Source: Azolla caroliniana
Lineage: Eukaryota > Plantae > Polypodiophyta
DNA: 56,707 bases
Direction of reading: 5' to 3'
Assembly (NCBI GenBank): GCA_043228905.1
Contig: JBHGNT010000189.1
Location: 1-56,707, forward strand
Shown: positions 12,686-23,875 of the stretch, piece after piece
How positions within the stretch are numbered: position 1 is the stretch's first letter
Layout: every line of letters starts with the position of its first letter
Made by a program: the position numbers and the translations under genes
The notes under the pieces: model-generated
What the model saw: only the letters and a program-made list of their open reading frames with translations
Database searches by the model: none
What the model was told of the DNA's origin: nothing

Positions 12686-12730
12686 TACGGCGTGTTAAAA
12701 GATCAAACCGACGTTTTAGACACGCCGTAC
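12673..12730 (+). promoter_or_regulatory. -1 programmed ribosomal frameshift signal (family A)
   Basis: CCA AAA AAC GTT TAG places A AAA AAC in frame 0. After a 5-nt spacer, GTACGGCGTGT pairs with ACACGCCGTAC. The -1 frame reads KRLVRRVKRSNRRFRHAVHPT...WYFING...IHNLSTHTLSKSEIKLVNLGLRFIP without a stop. Confidence 0.85.
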
Positions 12731-14667
12731 ACCCAACTATTCATTTGTGGTATTTTATTAACGGTAACTCCACCCCCCTAGATTCTTCTAATTGGCTAGG
12801 TAACATGTCGCATAGAATCCCCTTTAGGCCACATACAAAAAAAACACGTAAAAAGAAACTTAGATATAAATTTTGGAAACCCCTTACAACACCCTTTAGT
12901 CCCCCTCATAGTAGTAGAATCCACAACCTTTCCACACATACCCTTAGCAAGTCAGAAATTAAACTCGTTAACCTAGGTCTTAGGTTTATACCTCCCTCCC
13001 CCCACCCCGACCCCCACTTCTATTCTTCAAGAATTCCACAACCTTAGTAGATTCCTCAGACTTAGACATTTCTTTCAAAATGACGACTCCTCCGCCCCAC
13101 AAAACCCCTTTAAACTACCCAAACCCTCTTGGAACCCCCCTACACAATACCTACCATCAGAGGACATACTTCATAAACACCTTAATCTCCTCACCATAAA
13201 ATTCCATAATACAAACCTGCCCACTAAACACATTCCATTACACCTACTACAGGCCTTAAAAAGCCTTAAAAGTAATAAACATATTATCATCCTCCCCATA
13301 GACAAAAATGTAGGTGTTTGTGTCTTAAACAAACAAACATACCTAGATAAAGCCCTAGCTCACCTATCTGATACATCCACTTATAAACCCGTAGATACCT
13401 TTCCCTTAGAAGAACTCCTACATAGATTAAAAACCTTAATGAATCAACACCTAGGAACCCTCTCCCTCATAGAAATAAAATTCATCTTACACAAACCATC
13501 CAACGAATACCGAGTCCCCACCATGTACTTCCTACCCAAAGTACACAAAGAACCCATTGGCTATAGGCCTATCTGTTCTTACAACGGTTCGTTATTTGAA
13601 CAAACTTCTAAGTGGCCATACCTCCAACTCCTCCCCATACTCCTACAACAAAAACAATACCTTAGAGACAAATTTTCCTTCGTACAATCCCTAGAAAACC
13701 TTACGACACCACCCAATAGCTTCATCTTTTCGTTTGACGTAGAATCCCTCTACCCGAGTATTCCACCAAAACTAGGACTAGTCACCCTAAAACACCTAAT
13801 TACCCCCCATTTCTCAAAACAAAAACCCAACCTCATCTATACTCTAAGCGCCTTAACCTTAGAATATCACTTCCTTAAATTTAATAACCAAATCTATCAA
13901 CAAATTAAGGGCACAACCATGGGAAGCAATTTTTCCGTAGTATATGCTTGCCTCTTTTTGTCATACCTCGAGAATGCCAACCCATCTCCCCATTTATTTT
14001 ATTTCACGAGATATATTGACGATGCCTTTGGTATATGGACCAGTACAAAAACACAACTCTTAGACTACCTAAATGTCTATAGTATTACCACTCAAAACTC
14101 CATTAAACTAACCATCCAAACCTCTCTCACTAAACTCCCTTTTCTCGACCTTTGGATAAACTTAAATAATAATAGTTTCACGTTTAATTGTTTTCAAAAA
14201 GAACTTAATACATACCAATATATACCTTTCACTTCGACACATCCTATCCACGTCAAAAACGCTTCCTCTCGAACGAACTTAAAAGATACATTATTAGAGA
14301 AAGTACAACCTAAGGTTATTTAAGAATGCAACATCTATTTTTTAATAGACTACGAGCACGAGGATACCCTACACACTTATTCTCAATATATTCAAAAAAC
14401 ACCCCTATTCCCTTAGACCAAATCTCCTCTCAAACAAAACCATTAACAAAACCCCACACCCATAAACTTTAAACTAAAATTCACACACCAAGCCTTAATT
14501 AAGGAATAAAAGAAACCCTTACTAGCCTACACTTAAACCTCCTAGAAGACCCTCTACTACAACACATCCCCAAACCAATAATTTGTTGGACTAAATCTAA
14601 AAATCTACACTCTTTACTAGTTAACACAAATAACTATAGATCTACACTAACTTCTCTCTTTATTTAA
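12680..14667 (+). pseudogene. Penelope-like reverse transcriptase (no endonuclease), copy 1
   Basis: Motifs HNLS..L...E..L..LGL.FIP, PIDKNVG (DKG-like), YFLPKVHK, RPI, SFDVESLYPSIP, QIKGTTMGSNFS, RYIDDAFGIW, LPFLDL, RLRARGYP, PKPIICWTKSKNLHSLLV. Frameshifts near 13000 and 14263 and an in-frame stop near 14311. Confidence 0.93.
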
Positions 14668-15075
14668 TTGTTTTAAGAAAATCACAAGTTTTATCTCCCT
14701 ATATTTACCACGTGAGAATCTCCCCCTATCTCCTCTCTCTCTACCATCACATTTCTTCTGTCTATCTATCTCCTCCTTCCCTTCCCTTCTCTTTCTCTCT
14801 CTACCTTTACCTTTCTCCCTGTCTAAATCATTTCTTTTTCCTCTCTCTAGCTTCACTTTTCTCCATCTCTACACTCTAGAACTCACCACTTTTCTCTTTT
14901 CCTTTTTTCTCCCTCTACCTTTTCCCCTTTCTCCCTCTCTACTTTCTCTCTCTACCCTTCCTTTTCTCTACCTCTCTCTTTTTTTTTCTCTCTCTCTCTC
15001 TCCCTCACTCTATTTTCACTCTCTCTTCTCATTACTTAAATTTCTTTATCTCTCTCTCTCTCTCTCCTCATTTCC
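14650..15075 (+). repeat. Polypyrimidine (CT-rich) tract in the PLE 3' UTR; also at ~30960-31375 and ~33020-33445
   Basis: Mostly C/T sequence with (CT)n runs directly after the RT stop. Confidence 0.85.
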
Positions 15076-15413
15076 CATAACTATTAAATTCGTATTCCCC
15101 TCGTTTTTCACCGACATCTTTACCTCGAACTAGACACCCATCACACACATATACACACCCCTCCTCTCACTTATCATACCCTGTAGTCACCCACTTATCA
15201 CCATTATTATACACTCTAGTTACCCACTTATCTCTATCAAACTCATGATAGCCACTCCCTCCCTTTACAAAATTATATCTTGCCCCCTTATCACTGTGTT
15301 ACACCACTCCCTCCCATACTCTTCTCTTCTTTTCATATTTATCACTCTTGTCCACCACTCATCTTACACCCCCCTTACCACAAACCTATATAAACTTACC
15401 TTTGTACTACAAA

Positions 15414-15472
15414 ATGACCTAAGTACTAACGAGCTCTATATAAGAGTGAAACTAGTTTGCTACATAGGTCAT
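15414..15472 (+). ncRNA. Minimal type I hammerhead ribozyme (core variant CUAACGA)
   Basis: ATGACCTA-AGTA CTAACGA GCTCT-ATATA-AGAGT GAAAC TA GTT TGCT-ACA-TAGGTCAT gives a bulged stem I, stem II and palindromic stem III AACTAGTT. Confidence 0.85.
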
Positions 15473-15629
15473 ATTAATATATATTTGATCAATATATATA
15501 TTTTTCTCAAGTGTTTATTGTCTTTATGTGTGTGGTTAGTTGTGCTTTCTATAATATACATGTTATTTCCTTCCAACTAAGTAAAACATGCCACTCCCCC
15601 CTCTTTCCCTTAATCTTTAACCTACCCAA

Positions 15630-16160
15630 TACCCACAACCCTAAACTAATAACCCTAACACATTATATCCCCGTCAACCCATACACTCATCATCATACCT
15701 CTCCGAACGTATCTCCCCTTACCACTAAAACCCTAAACCTACCAATCCTTAATACCTTTACTTTTGCACAGACTACCCTAAACCCTCAGAATATTTTAAC
15801 CCATATACCCTAATCCCTTAGAACAAACCCCTAAACCCTAAGAATAGTTAACCTAATAACACTAGTTGTAGCCTAAATAAGTATCGTGCCCCCTTTCCTC
15901 GTGCAATACATCATATAGTCTATCAAACCCTAAATCCTTAGATATTTTACCCATATGCCCTAAACCCTCATAACAAAACCCTAAACCCTTAAGATATTTA
16001 ACCCTTAACCCTCCGTTAAGCCATATACCCTAAACCCTCACACCCAAACCCTAAACCCTCATATAGTTAACCAAATAACACTAATCGCAACCAAAGAAGT
16101 ATCGTGCCCACACTCCTCGTGTAAGACATTATATAGTCTATTAAAATGAAAAACCCTAAA
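15630..16160 (+). repeat. PLE 3' tail with dispersed telomeric CCCTAAA units and an internal ~85-bp imperfect duplication
   Basis: Many ccctaaaccct units separated by short spacers. The block tagttaacc...gtatcgtgccc...ctcgtg...atagtctat occurs at ~15845 and ~16063. The tail recurs at ~31930-32492 and ~34000-34529, and its last part at 5355-5462. Confidence 0.85.
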
Positions 16161-16935
16161 TTTTAAGAAAAACGTATATTTACATCAAGCAATAACCAAA
16201 AAAACACACAAGTAGTTGCTTGCACATAGAAAACAAAATGTGTACAGAAAACAAGCGTTTTGAATTTTACCTTACTAATGTACCAATCTTATGATGTTCG
16301 AAGTGCAAACACATAATATATTCAAAGGATACGGAGCACCACCTCTTAATATATCATCACCCGTAGAGTGTGCAAGATTCGTGTAGATTGGAGTCTCCTT
16401 TGCGTCAAAAAGAAGAAAAAGAAATTTTTGCTCTGTCTGAAGGATCATAAGGTTTCCAAGTGATAAGATCAAAACATTACACTCCATTGAAATTCTTGGG
16501 GCGGGAGGTAGAGATGAAATGTTGAACAAAAGGCTTCTAAATAAAACATTTAAAAGGCCACTAAAACCCTCCTTCTTCATTAAATCTGCAAATGGCAGAT
16601 CAAATGGGCCATTCGCACCCTCCCTAGTTTATACACATGAAATGGACCCTTGGAGGAGGTATATCTAGCCAACCTGTAGGTGAAGGAGGATGCACAGAGT
16701 CCACAACACGTGATGATGAAACTCCAGATGATGTAGTTTGAATGCCATAATATCCTGAAACCTCCATAGTTGTTGTAGGAATCTCATGGAATGGTGCCAA
16801 AGATATTCGTGGCCAAAAGAAACGGCAAACGCAACGAAAAAACCACGGGTGTTCATGTCTGTCATCAGTTAATACCTCCACAACAGAGGTTCATGGCCAA
16901 ACAAAACAACAGACAACATGACGAAGAGACGATGC

Positions 16936-18985
16936 GGACATCTGTAGCACAAGATTTGCCCACCCCTACCCCGGCTAAGAGATTAAGCGGCAACAAACGT
17001 CCTTCTAAACGAGCTAGAGACATTCTCCTCGCTCTCTCTCCTGACGATACAACTTGGTCTATCAAGGTAACTGCAGCGTTAACCCACGCCTTTTCTCTCA
17101 ATATCTTGTAGATTACAAAAATAAAGATCTCGCGGAATTCAAACATCTTTTTACACAGAAAAAACAAGCCATTAAAACATATACTAGGATCTCTACCCTT
17201 TATTTACAAAACTCAGTAGCTCCTACCTAGTCTCAAAAACTAGCCCCCAAAACTCAAAATAGACCACGATGAACTCAATGCTAGCCTATCTAATGATTTC
17301 CAATCCCTATCCATTCAATATAACAAAGAACTTACTTGCACTTATGTAAAACACTTAGATCTTCTCGTACATTCTCACACTAAGCTATTAGATGATTTCC
17401 CCAATAAAGCTAGGAAAGATCTACTACATCTCACCAACACCATACAAGAACCTTACAACCTAAATGACGTCTCTAATTATGTCACTCCCGAAATATTCCT
17501 AGAAACAATCACGGCCTACTTAGAAGAATACATTGAAGATCTACTTAATACTTGTAATAACTATGCCATCGGCTATAACTTTGACGAAACTTTAAAAAAA
17601 AACAGCCTTGAAAGTAAGAGATAGCTTACATGAACAAATACATTTTGAAAATGTCAATACTTCACGTCTTAAAGACATTACAATAAGAGTTTCAGAAGAT
17701 GAGGTAATAGAAGAAGAAGAAGAAGACAACATGGGAGAACATGTTGAAGACGTCTTCTACAATAGTCCATCCTTCATACCCCCCTCGAACAGTACCAGGA
17801 CACCATTGGAGCATGTCAACCCACCAAATTTCAACTCCTCAAAAAACCTTAACTTTAAAGTTGCCCCTTCCCCAAAAAACCATAAAGCATACACCAATGG
17901 CTTCAACAAACCGAACCCAAACCATAAACGCAATACTCACCCTAACCCTAAACAACACCCTAAACAAAACCTATACTCTAACTCTAACCCCAAACCCATA
18001 CCCAATACATACCGGGGTAGCTCCCACAAACACTCCTTTCACACGAACCATAATACTAATCAATATAAACAACATCACCATCATCAATTACAAGCTCCAC
18101 AGTCAAATTACCATCAACAAAACCACACTCCTCATCATCATCTAAAATCATAAGCTCCACCATCATACCAATACCACCACCAACAACAACAACAACCACT
18201 GAAACATTTTCACCAGCCATACTATCATCAAACGCAGATACATCAACAACGACCGGACCAACATCGTATTCCCCTCGTTTTTCACCGACATCTTTACCTC
18301 GTACTAGCCACCCATCACACACATATACACACCCCTCCCCTCACTTATCATACCCTCTAGTCACCCACTTATCACTATTATTATAGCCTCTAGTTACCCA
18401 CTTATCTCTATAAAACTCATGATACCCACTCCCTCCCTTTACAAAATCATCTCTTGCCCCCTTATCACTGTGTTACACCATTCCCTCCCATACTCTTCTC
18501 TTCTTTTCACATTTATCACTCTTGTCCACCACTCATCTTACACCCCCCTTACCACAAACCTATATAAACTTACCTTTATACTAAAAAATGACCTAAGCAC
18601 TGACAAGCTCCCTATAAGAGCGAAACTAGTTTGCTACATAGGTCATATTAATATATATTTGATCAATATATATGTTTTTCTCAAGTGTCTATTGTTTTTA
18701 TGTGTGTGGTTAGTTGTGCTTTCTATAATATACATGTTATTTCCTTCCAACTAAATAAAACATGCCACTCCCCCCTCTTTCCCTTAATCTTTAACCTACC
18801 CAATACCCGCAACCCTAAATTAATAACCCTAACACATTATATCCCCGTCAACCCATACCCTCATCATCATACCTCTCCAAACATATCTCCCCTTACCACT
18901 AAAACCTTAAACCTACCAATCCTTAATACCTTTACTTTTGCATAGAATACCCTAAACCCTCAGAATATTTTAACCCATACACCCC
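16936..18985 (+). mobile_element. RT-less PLE derivative: family B ORF1 fragment fused to a family A-type 3' UTR with hammerhead
   Basis: HLDLLVHSHTKLLDDFPNKARKDLL is homologous to ORF1-A. Near 18263 the sequence switches to tcgtattcccctcgtttttcaccgac, which matches ~15090. Confidence 0.78.
18588..18646 (+). ncRNA. Minimal type I hammerhead ribozyme (core variant CUGACAA)
   Basis: ATGACCTAAGCA CTGACAA GCTCC-CTATA-AGAGC GAAACTAGTT TGCTACATAGGTCAT, with fully paired stem I. Confidence 0.85.
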
Positions 18986-20626
18986 TACACATGAAATGGA
19001 CCCTTGGAAGAGGTATATCTACCCAACCTGCAGGTGAAGGAGGATGCACAGAGTCCACAACACGTGATGATGAAACTGTAGATTGTGTAGTTTGAATGCC
19101 ATCATCAACTAAAACCTCCATAGTTGCTGCATGAATCTCATGGAATGGTGGCGAAGAGATTCGTGGCCAAAAGAAACGGCAAATGCGACGAAGAATCCAC
19201 AGATGTTCATGTCTGTCTTCAGTTAATACCTCCACAACAGAGGTTCATGGCCAAACAAAACAACAGACAACATGACGAAGAGACGATGGGGACATCTGTA
19301 GCACAAGATTTCGCTACCCCTACCCCGGCTAAGAGATTAAACGCCAACAAACGTCCTTCTAAATGAGCCAGAGACATCCTCCTCGCTCTCTTGCCTGACG
19401 ATACAACTTGGTCTATCAAGGTAACTGCAGCATCAACCAACGCTTTTTGCTCTCAAGATCTTGTAGATTACAAAACTAAAGATCTCGCCGAATTCAAACA
19501 TCTTTTTAAACGGAAAAAAAAAGCCATTAAAACATATACTAGGATCTCTACCCTTTATTTACAAAATTCAGTAGCTCCTAGTCTCAAAAACTAGTCCCCA
19601 AAACTCAAAATAGACCACGATGAACTCAATGCTAGCCTATCTAATGATTTCCAATCCCTAACCATTCAATATAACAAAGAACTTATTTGCACTTATGTAA
19701 AACACGTAGATCTTCTCGTACATTCTCACACCAAGTTATTAGATGATTTCCCCAATAAAGCTAGGAAAGATCTACTACAGGTCACCAACACCATACAAGA
19801 ACCTTACAACCTAAATGACGTCTCTAATTATGTCACTCCCGAAAAATTCTTTGAAGCAATCACGGCCTACTTAGAAGAATACATTGAAGATCTACTTAAT
19901 ACTTGTAATAACTATGCCATCGGCTATAACTTTGACGAAACTTGTAAACAAAACAGCCTTGAAAGTAAGAGATAGCTTACATGAACAAATACATTTTGAA
20001 AATGTCAATACTTCACGTCATAAAGACATTACAATAAGAGTTTCAGAAGATGATGTAATAGAAGAAGAAGAAGAAGACAACATGGGAGAACATGTTGAAG
20101 ACGTCTTCTACGATAGTCCATCCTTCATACCCCCCTTGAACAGTACCAGGACACCACTGGAGCATGTCAACCCACCAAATTTCAACTCCTCAAAAAACCT
20201 AAACTTTAAAGTTGCCCCTTCCCCAAAAAACCATAAAGCATACACCAATGGCTTCAACAAACCGAACCCAAACCATAAACACAATACTCACCCTAACCCT
20301 CAACAACACGCTAAACAAAACCTATACTCTAACTCTAACCCCAAACCCATACCCATACCCAATCCATACCGGGGTAGCTCCCACAAACACTCCTTTCACA
20401 CGAACCATAATACTAATCAATATAAACAACATCACCATCATCAATTACAAGCTCCACAATCAAATTACCATCAACAAAACCACACTCCTCAACATCATCT
20501 AAAATCATAAGCTCCACCATCATACCACTAACAGCCACTGGAACATTTTCACCCGCCATACTATCATCAAACACAGGTACATCAACAACGACCGGAACAA
20601 CACCATCCACAGGTTCAACAACATCC

Positions 20627-21160
20627 TGTCATGAAGACAACATTTTGGTTATCAAGAATCGAACCCACGACTTCTTGGTCTATGTGTTGAACCCTTAACC
20701 ATTGTAATAACATATATGTTGTGTGATTATAATAATTATGTTTCTACTTATTACAAGATATTATAATATTCTAGAACATTCTAGAACATTCTAGATTATT
20801 CTAGAATATTATTCTAGAACATTCTAGATTATTCTAGAACATCCTTTAATATTTCATGATTATATTTCTCATCATAAAATCTAAAATATTCTAGAACATT
20901 CTAGATTACTCCATAAGGACCTATAAATAACAGTCTATACATTCGTTTCAACTCATTCGGTTCAACACCAGTCTTTAGCCCTTAGCCTACTCATTGTAAT
21001 CTTGTTTCATCATAATATAATCTCATTTCTATTTCAAGTCTTATCTCTCTCACTCTATCTCTCTCACTCTCTCTCTCTCTCACGCGCGCACACACACACA
21101 CCCTCTCTCTTTCCCTCTCACTCTCGCTCTCACTCTATCTTCTACCCACGAGTCTCGACA
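20627..21160 (+). mobile_element. Solo LTR (534 bp) with 5-bp target-site duplication CATCC
   Basis: TGTC...GACA termini. CATCC at 20622-20626 and 21161-21165, while the paralogous empty site has one CATCC. TATA box ctataaata near 20921. Confidence 0.9.
20768..20905 (+). promoter_or_regulatory. Heat-shock element array inside the solo LTR
   Basis: TTCtaGAAcaTTCtaGAAcaTTCtaGA and repeats, i.e. alternating nTTCn/nGAAn units just upstream of the TATA box. Confidence 0.65.
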
Positions 21161-22281
21161 CATCCGCAGCCACCGGCCTTTCTCCATCGCTAACCATCAA
21201 GCCTTCCTCAACAACAAGCACCCATTCAACGCGCCTATTCCTATAACATAGCAACCAATGAACTCTCTTATTGACTAAACCCAATCAACAACAGACATAA
21301 TATACATGAGCCTATTGTTAGACTCATCAACATACCGATGCCTCCGCCGCCTCTGCCGCCTCCCCGGGAACCAATCTTTGCTAACCAGCGTCAATCCCAT
21401 GTAATACCCCCGCCGGAATTCAGGACCACGGACATACCATGGATTGCCACACATCCACTATCGACGCCGCCACCACAATACCGCACATATGAGGTTCTCA
21501 GTGAAGGGTGCCATAATAGTCACCCGCCCACTGGAAGCTCTCAAGTTTTTGAATAGCCGCCGCTCGAGCCGCATTGGATACCAAAGTCGACGGTATCACT
21601 TCCTCCGCCGCACCAATCCGATACCCGTGTCGGGACTACGTGGGGCAGCAGTCACGAGTATCGACCGCCTTCTAATCCTTGCCCCAACGCTCCTATTACA
21701 CCCACGTCGTCCCACGTCCGCCCCTTCCCTTCCCAAGGAACAGAACACATCTCGCCTCAACCGCTTAATCCTCTCCTAGAAAGCATTATCACCATGCTTA
21801 CAACCATCCCCGTACAGGAGCGTACTGAGATCCATGCACATCCCTACCCAAACCCACACAGTCACTCTCTATTCCCTCACACACACAGTCACTCTCCGTT
21901 CCCTCACACACACAGTTACCCTTCGCTCCTTTCCTACTCTCACCCAAACTCACACTCACACATAAACCCCTCTTATTCTGACTCACACATATACCCTTTT
22001 ATTTATACACATACCCCTATTAATACCCTTCCCCCCACCACTTCCCACCTACACCCACACAACTGCATGTCACACACTTGTCCAAATCCCTTTCTTCTTT
22101 TCTTCCCACCCCCCACACTTCCAGTAAACACTATAAACCCCGTCCTATAAACCATAAGCCTTCCAATAGTAAATCCCCCCCCACAATCCCTCAATCAAAC
22201 CCCTTAAACCTAATCCTACCAATCCCCCCTTAATCCTAATAGAAACAACCCCTCTCCTTATAATCCCATTGACCCACACCC

Positions 22282-22338
22282 AAAAAACGTGTAACACGGC
22301 GTGCGAATCGTACGAATAGACGATTCCGACACGCCGTG
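22282..22338 (+). promoter_or_regulatory. -1 frameshift signal (family B)
   Basis: A AAA AAC, a 6-nt spacer, then CACGGCGTG/CACGCCGTG and GAATCGT/ACGATTC stems. Confidence 0.82.
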
Positions 22339-23182
22339 CACCCTACTAAACGTCTAGTTTACCTACTTCAAGGATCATAAGGTTTCCAAGTGAGAAGATC
22401 AAAACATTACACTCCATTAAAATTCTTGGGGCAGGAGGTAGAGACGAAATGTTGAACAAAAGGCTTCTAAATAAAACATTTAAAAGGCCACTAAAACCCT
22501 CCTTCTTCATTAAATCTGCAAATGGCAGATCAAATGGGCCATTCGCAACTTCCCTAGTTAATACACATGAAATGAACCCTTGGAGAAGGTATATCTACCC
22601 AACCTGTAGGTGAAGGAGGATGCACAGAGTCCACAACACGTGATGATGAAACTCCAGATGATGTAGTTTGAATGCCATCATATACTGCAACCTACATAGT
22701 TGCTATAGGAATCTCATGGAATAGTGGCAAAGAGATTCGTGGCCAAAAGAAAAGGCAAACACGACGAAGAAACCACGGGTGTTCATATCTGTCATCAGCT
22801 AATACCTCCACAATACAGATTCGAACCCAAACAACACAATAGACAACTTGACAAAGAGACGGTGGCCCTTCATGAGGTAAAGCAAAAAGATCGGCATTCT
22901 CTTGCGCCATCCCTGCAATCTGATGATAATGCTACAAGCAGCCAGGACTGTATGAGGTGTATCGTAAAGTAATCCTCCTGCTCCCGCTTCTCTATGGATA
23001 CCATGCCATCAGCATTACTATAAAAACTAGCCAAACTTGTAGCAAATATTTTATAAAAAAAGAGGCTGCGTGAAAATTAAAATTCGATTGATATATTTAT
23101 GTACATAGATTGCAGATCCACGAAGAAACAAATATGAAATACAATACATGTATGATAGGGTGGAAATTTTCAGCAATGTCCC

Positions 23183-23875
23183 AAACCCTAAACCCTAAAC
23201 CCTATATTCTACATCTAGATAGGTTAGTTCACACATACACGAAAATTTTAGATGATTTCTCAAATAAAGTTAAAGTAGAACTCTTCGATTTTAGCTCCAC
23301 GCTACTAGACCCTAAGCACCTAGAAGAGGTCTCAAATTTTATAGCGGCTTACCTTTTCACAGACAATATTAACCATTGGTTAGAAGAACATGTAATAGAA
23401 CTTTTAACGAAGTGCCAAGAGTTTGGTGTTACTAACAACATTGATGATACAGTCAAAACAACGTCGATCACAATTAGAAATAACAATAGAGAGTTACAAC
23501 ACTCGGATAAACTCCATAATACACATGATTTTGATAATATCAATGTTGAATTAGATAACGAAATAGAAGATCTCCCAATTGATCTAGATACAAACGAGGA
23601 GCTTATAGAACAAAATCCTAACCCACAAACATCCTCAGTCATTATCCCCAAACATGTAAAAAGTTTACACTTTGACCCCACATCCAATCCTTACCTTGAT
23701 GCAATTATTAACATTAACTCTAACCCTATCCCAAAATTTAACCCTAACCCTTTCCCCATCCCTAAATCTACACTGAAAAACAATAACTTTAATCCCCACA
23801 TATCATGTAACCACAAATCCAACCCTAATCCTTGTTAACAAAATCCCTACCCTATTCCAACCTTAAACAAACCTC
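23183..23875 (+). pseudogene. PLE family A ORF1 fragment, telomere-capped
   Basis: ORF 23110-23838, same sequence and same 5' junction as the 906 copy. Confidence 0.8.

Larger units (their letters stand above)
10936..16160 (+). mobile_element. Endonuclease-deficient Penelope-like retroelement, family A, copy 1 (5'-truncated and telomere-capped, decayed)
   Basis: CCCTAAA repeats at 10936-10954 are followed by ORF1, a -1 frameshift site, PLE-type RT with no GIY-YIG, a CT-rich UTR, a hammerhead motif and a tail with dispersed CCCTAAA ending aaaccctaaa at 16160. Confidence 0.9.
19288..22367 (+). pseudogene. PLE family B ORF1 through the frameshift site and the first ~25 codons of ORF2; interrupted by a solo LTR
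   Basis: Homologous to ORF1-A and ends HPKNV* at 22294. The -1 frame reads KRVTRRANRTNRRFRHAVHPTKRLVYL. Confidence 0.8.

Noticed and set aside
13439-14323. Telomerase (TERT), group II intron, retron or L1 RT
   Set aside because: The motif set (NLS…LGL.FIP, DKN.G, LPKVHK, MGS.FS, YIDD, FLDL, RGYP) and the associated hammerhead are PLE-type. There is no TERT T motif and no APE domain.
14647-14856. Lys/Arg/Glu-rich minus-strand ORF repeated three times
   Set aside because: Antisense translation of the CT tract; the identity reflects duplication.
14323-15400. C-terminal GIY-YIG endonuclease
   Set aside because: The repaired frame stops at 14667 and is followed by a CT tract. No GIY/YIG motifs were seen there or upstream of the RT.
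15245-15580. 111-aa hydrophobic ORF overlapping the hammerhead
   Set aside because: It lies in the 3' UTR, is frameshifted in the 31.5-kb copy and has no recognisable domain. It cannot be fully excluded.
20646-20712. Functional tRNA gene
   Set aside because: The D-arm and anticodon arm do not fold properly and it lies inside an LTR; reported only as tRNA-derived.
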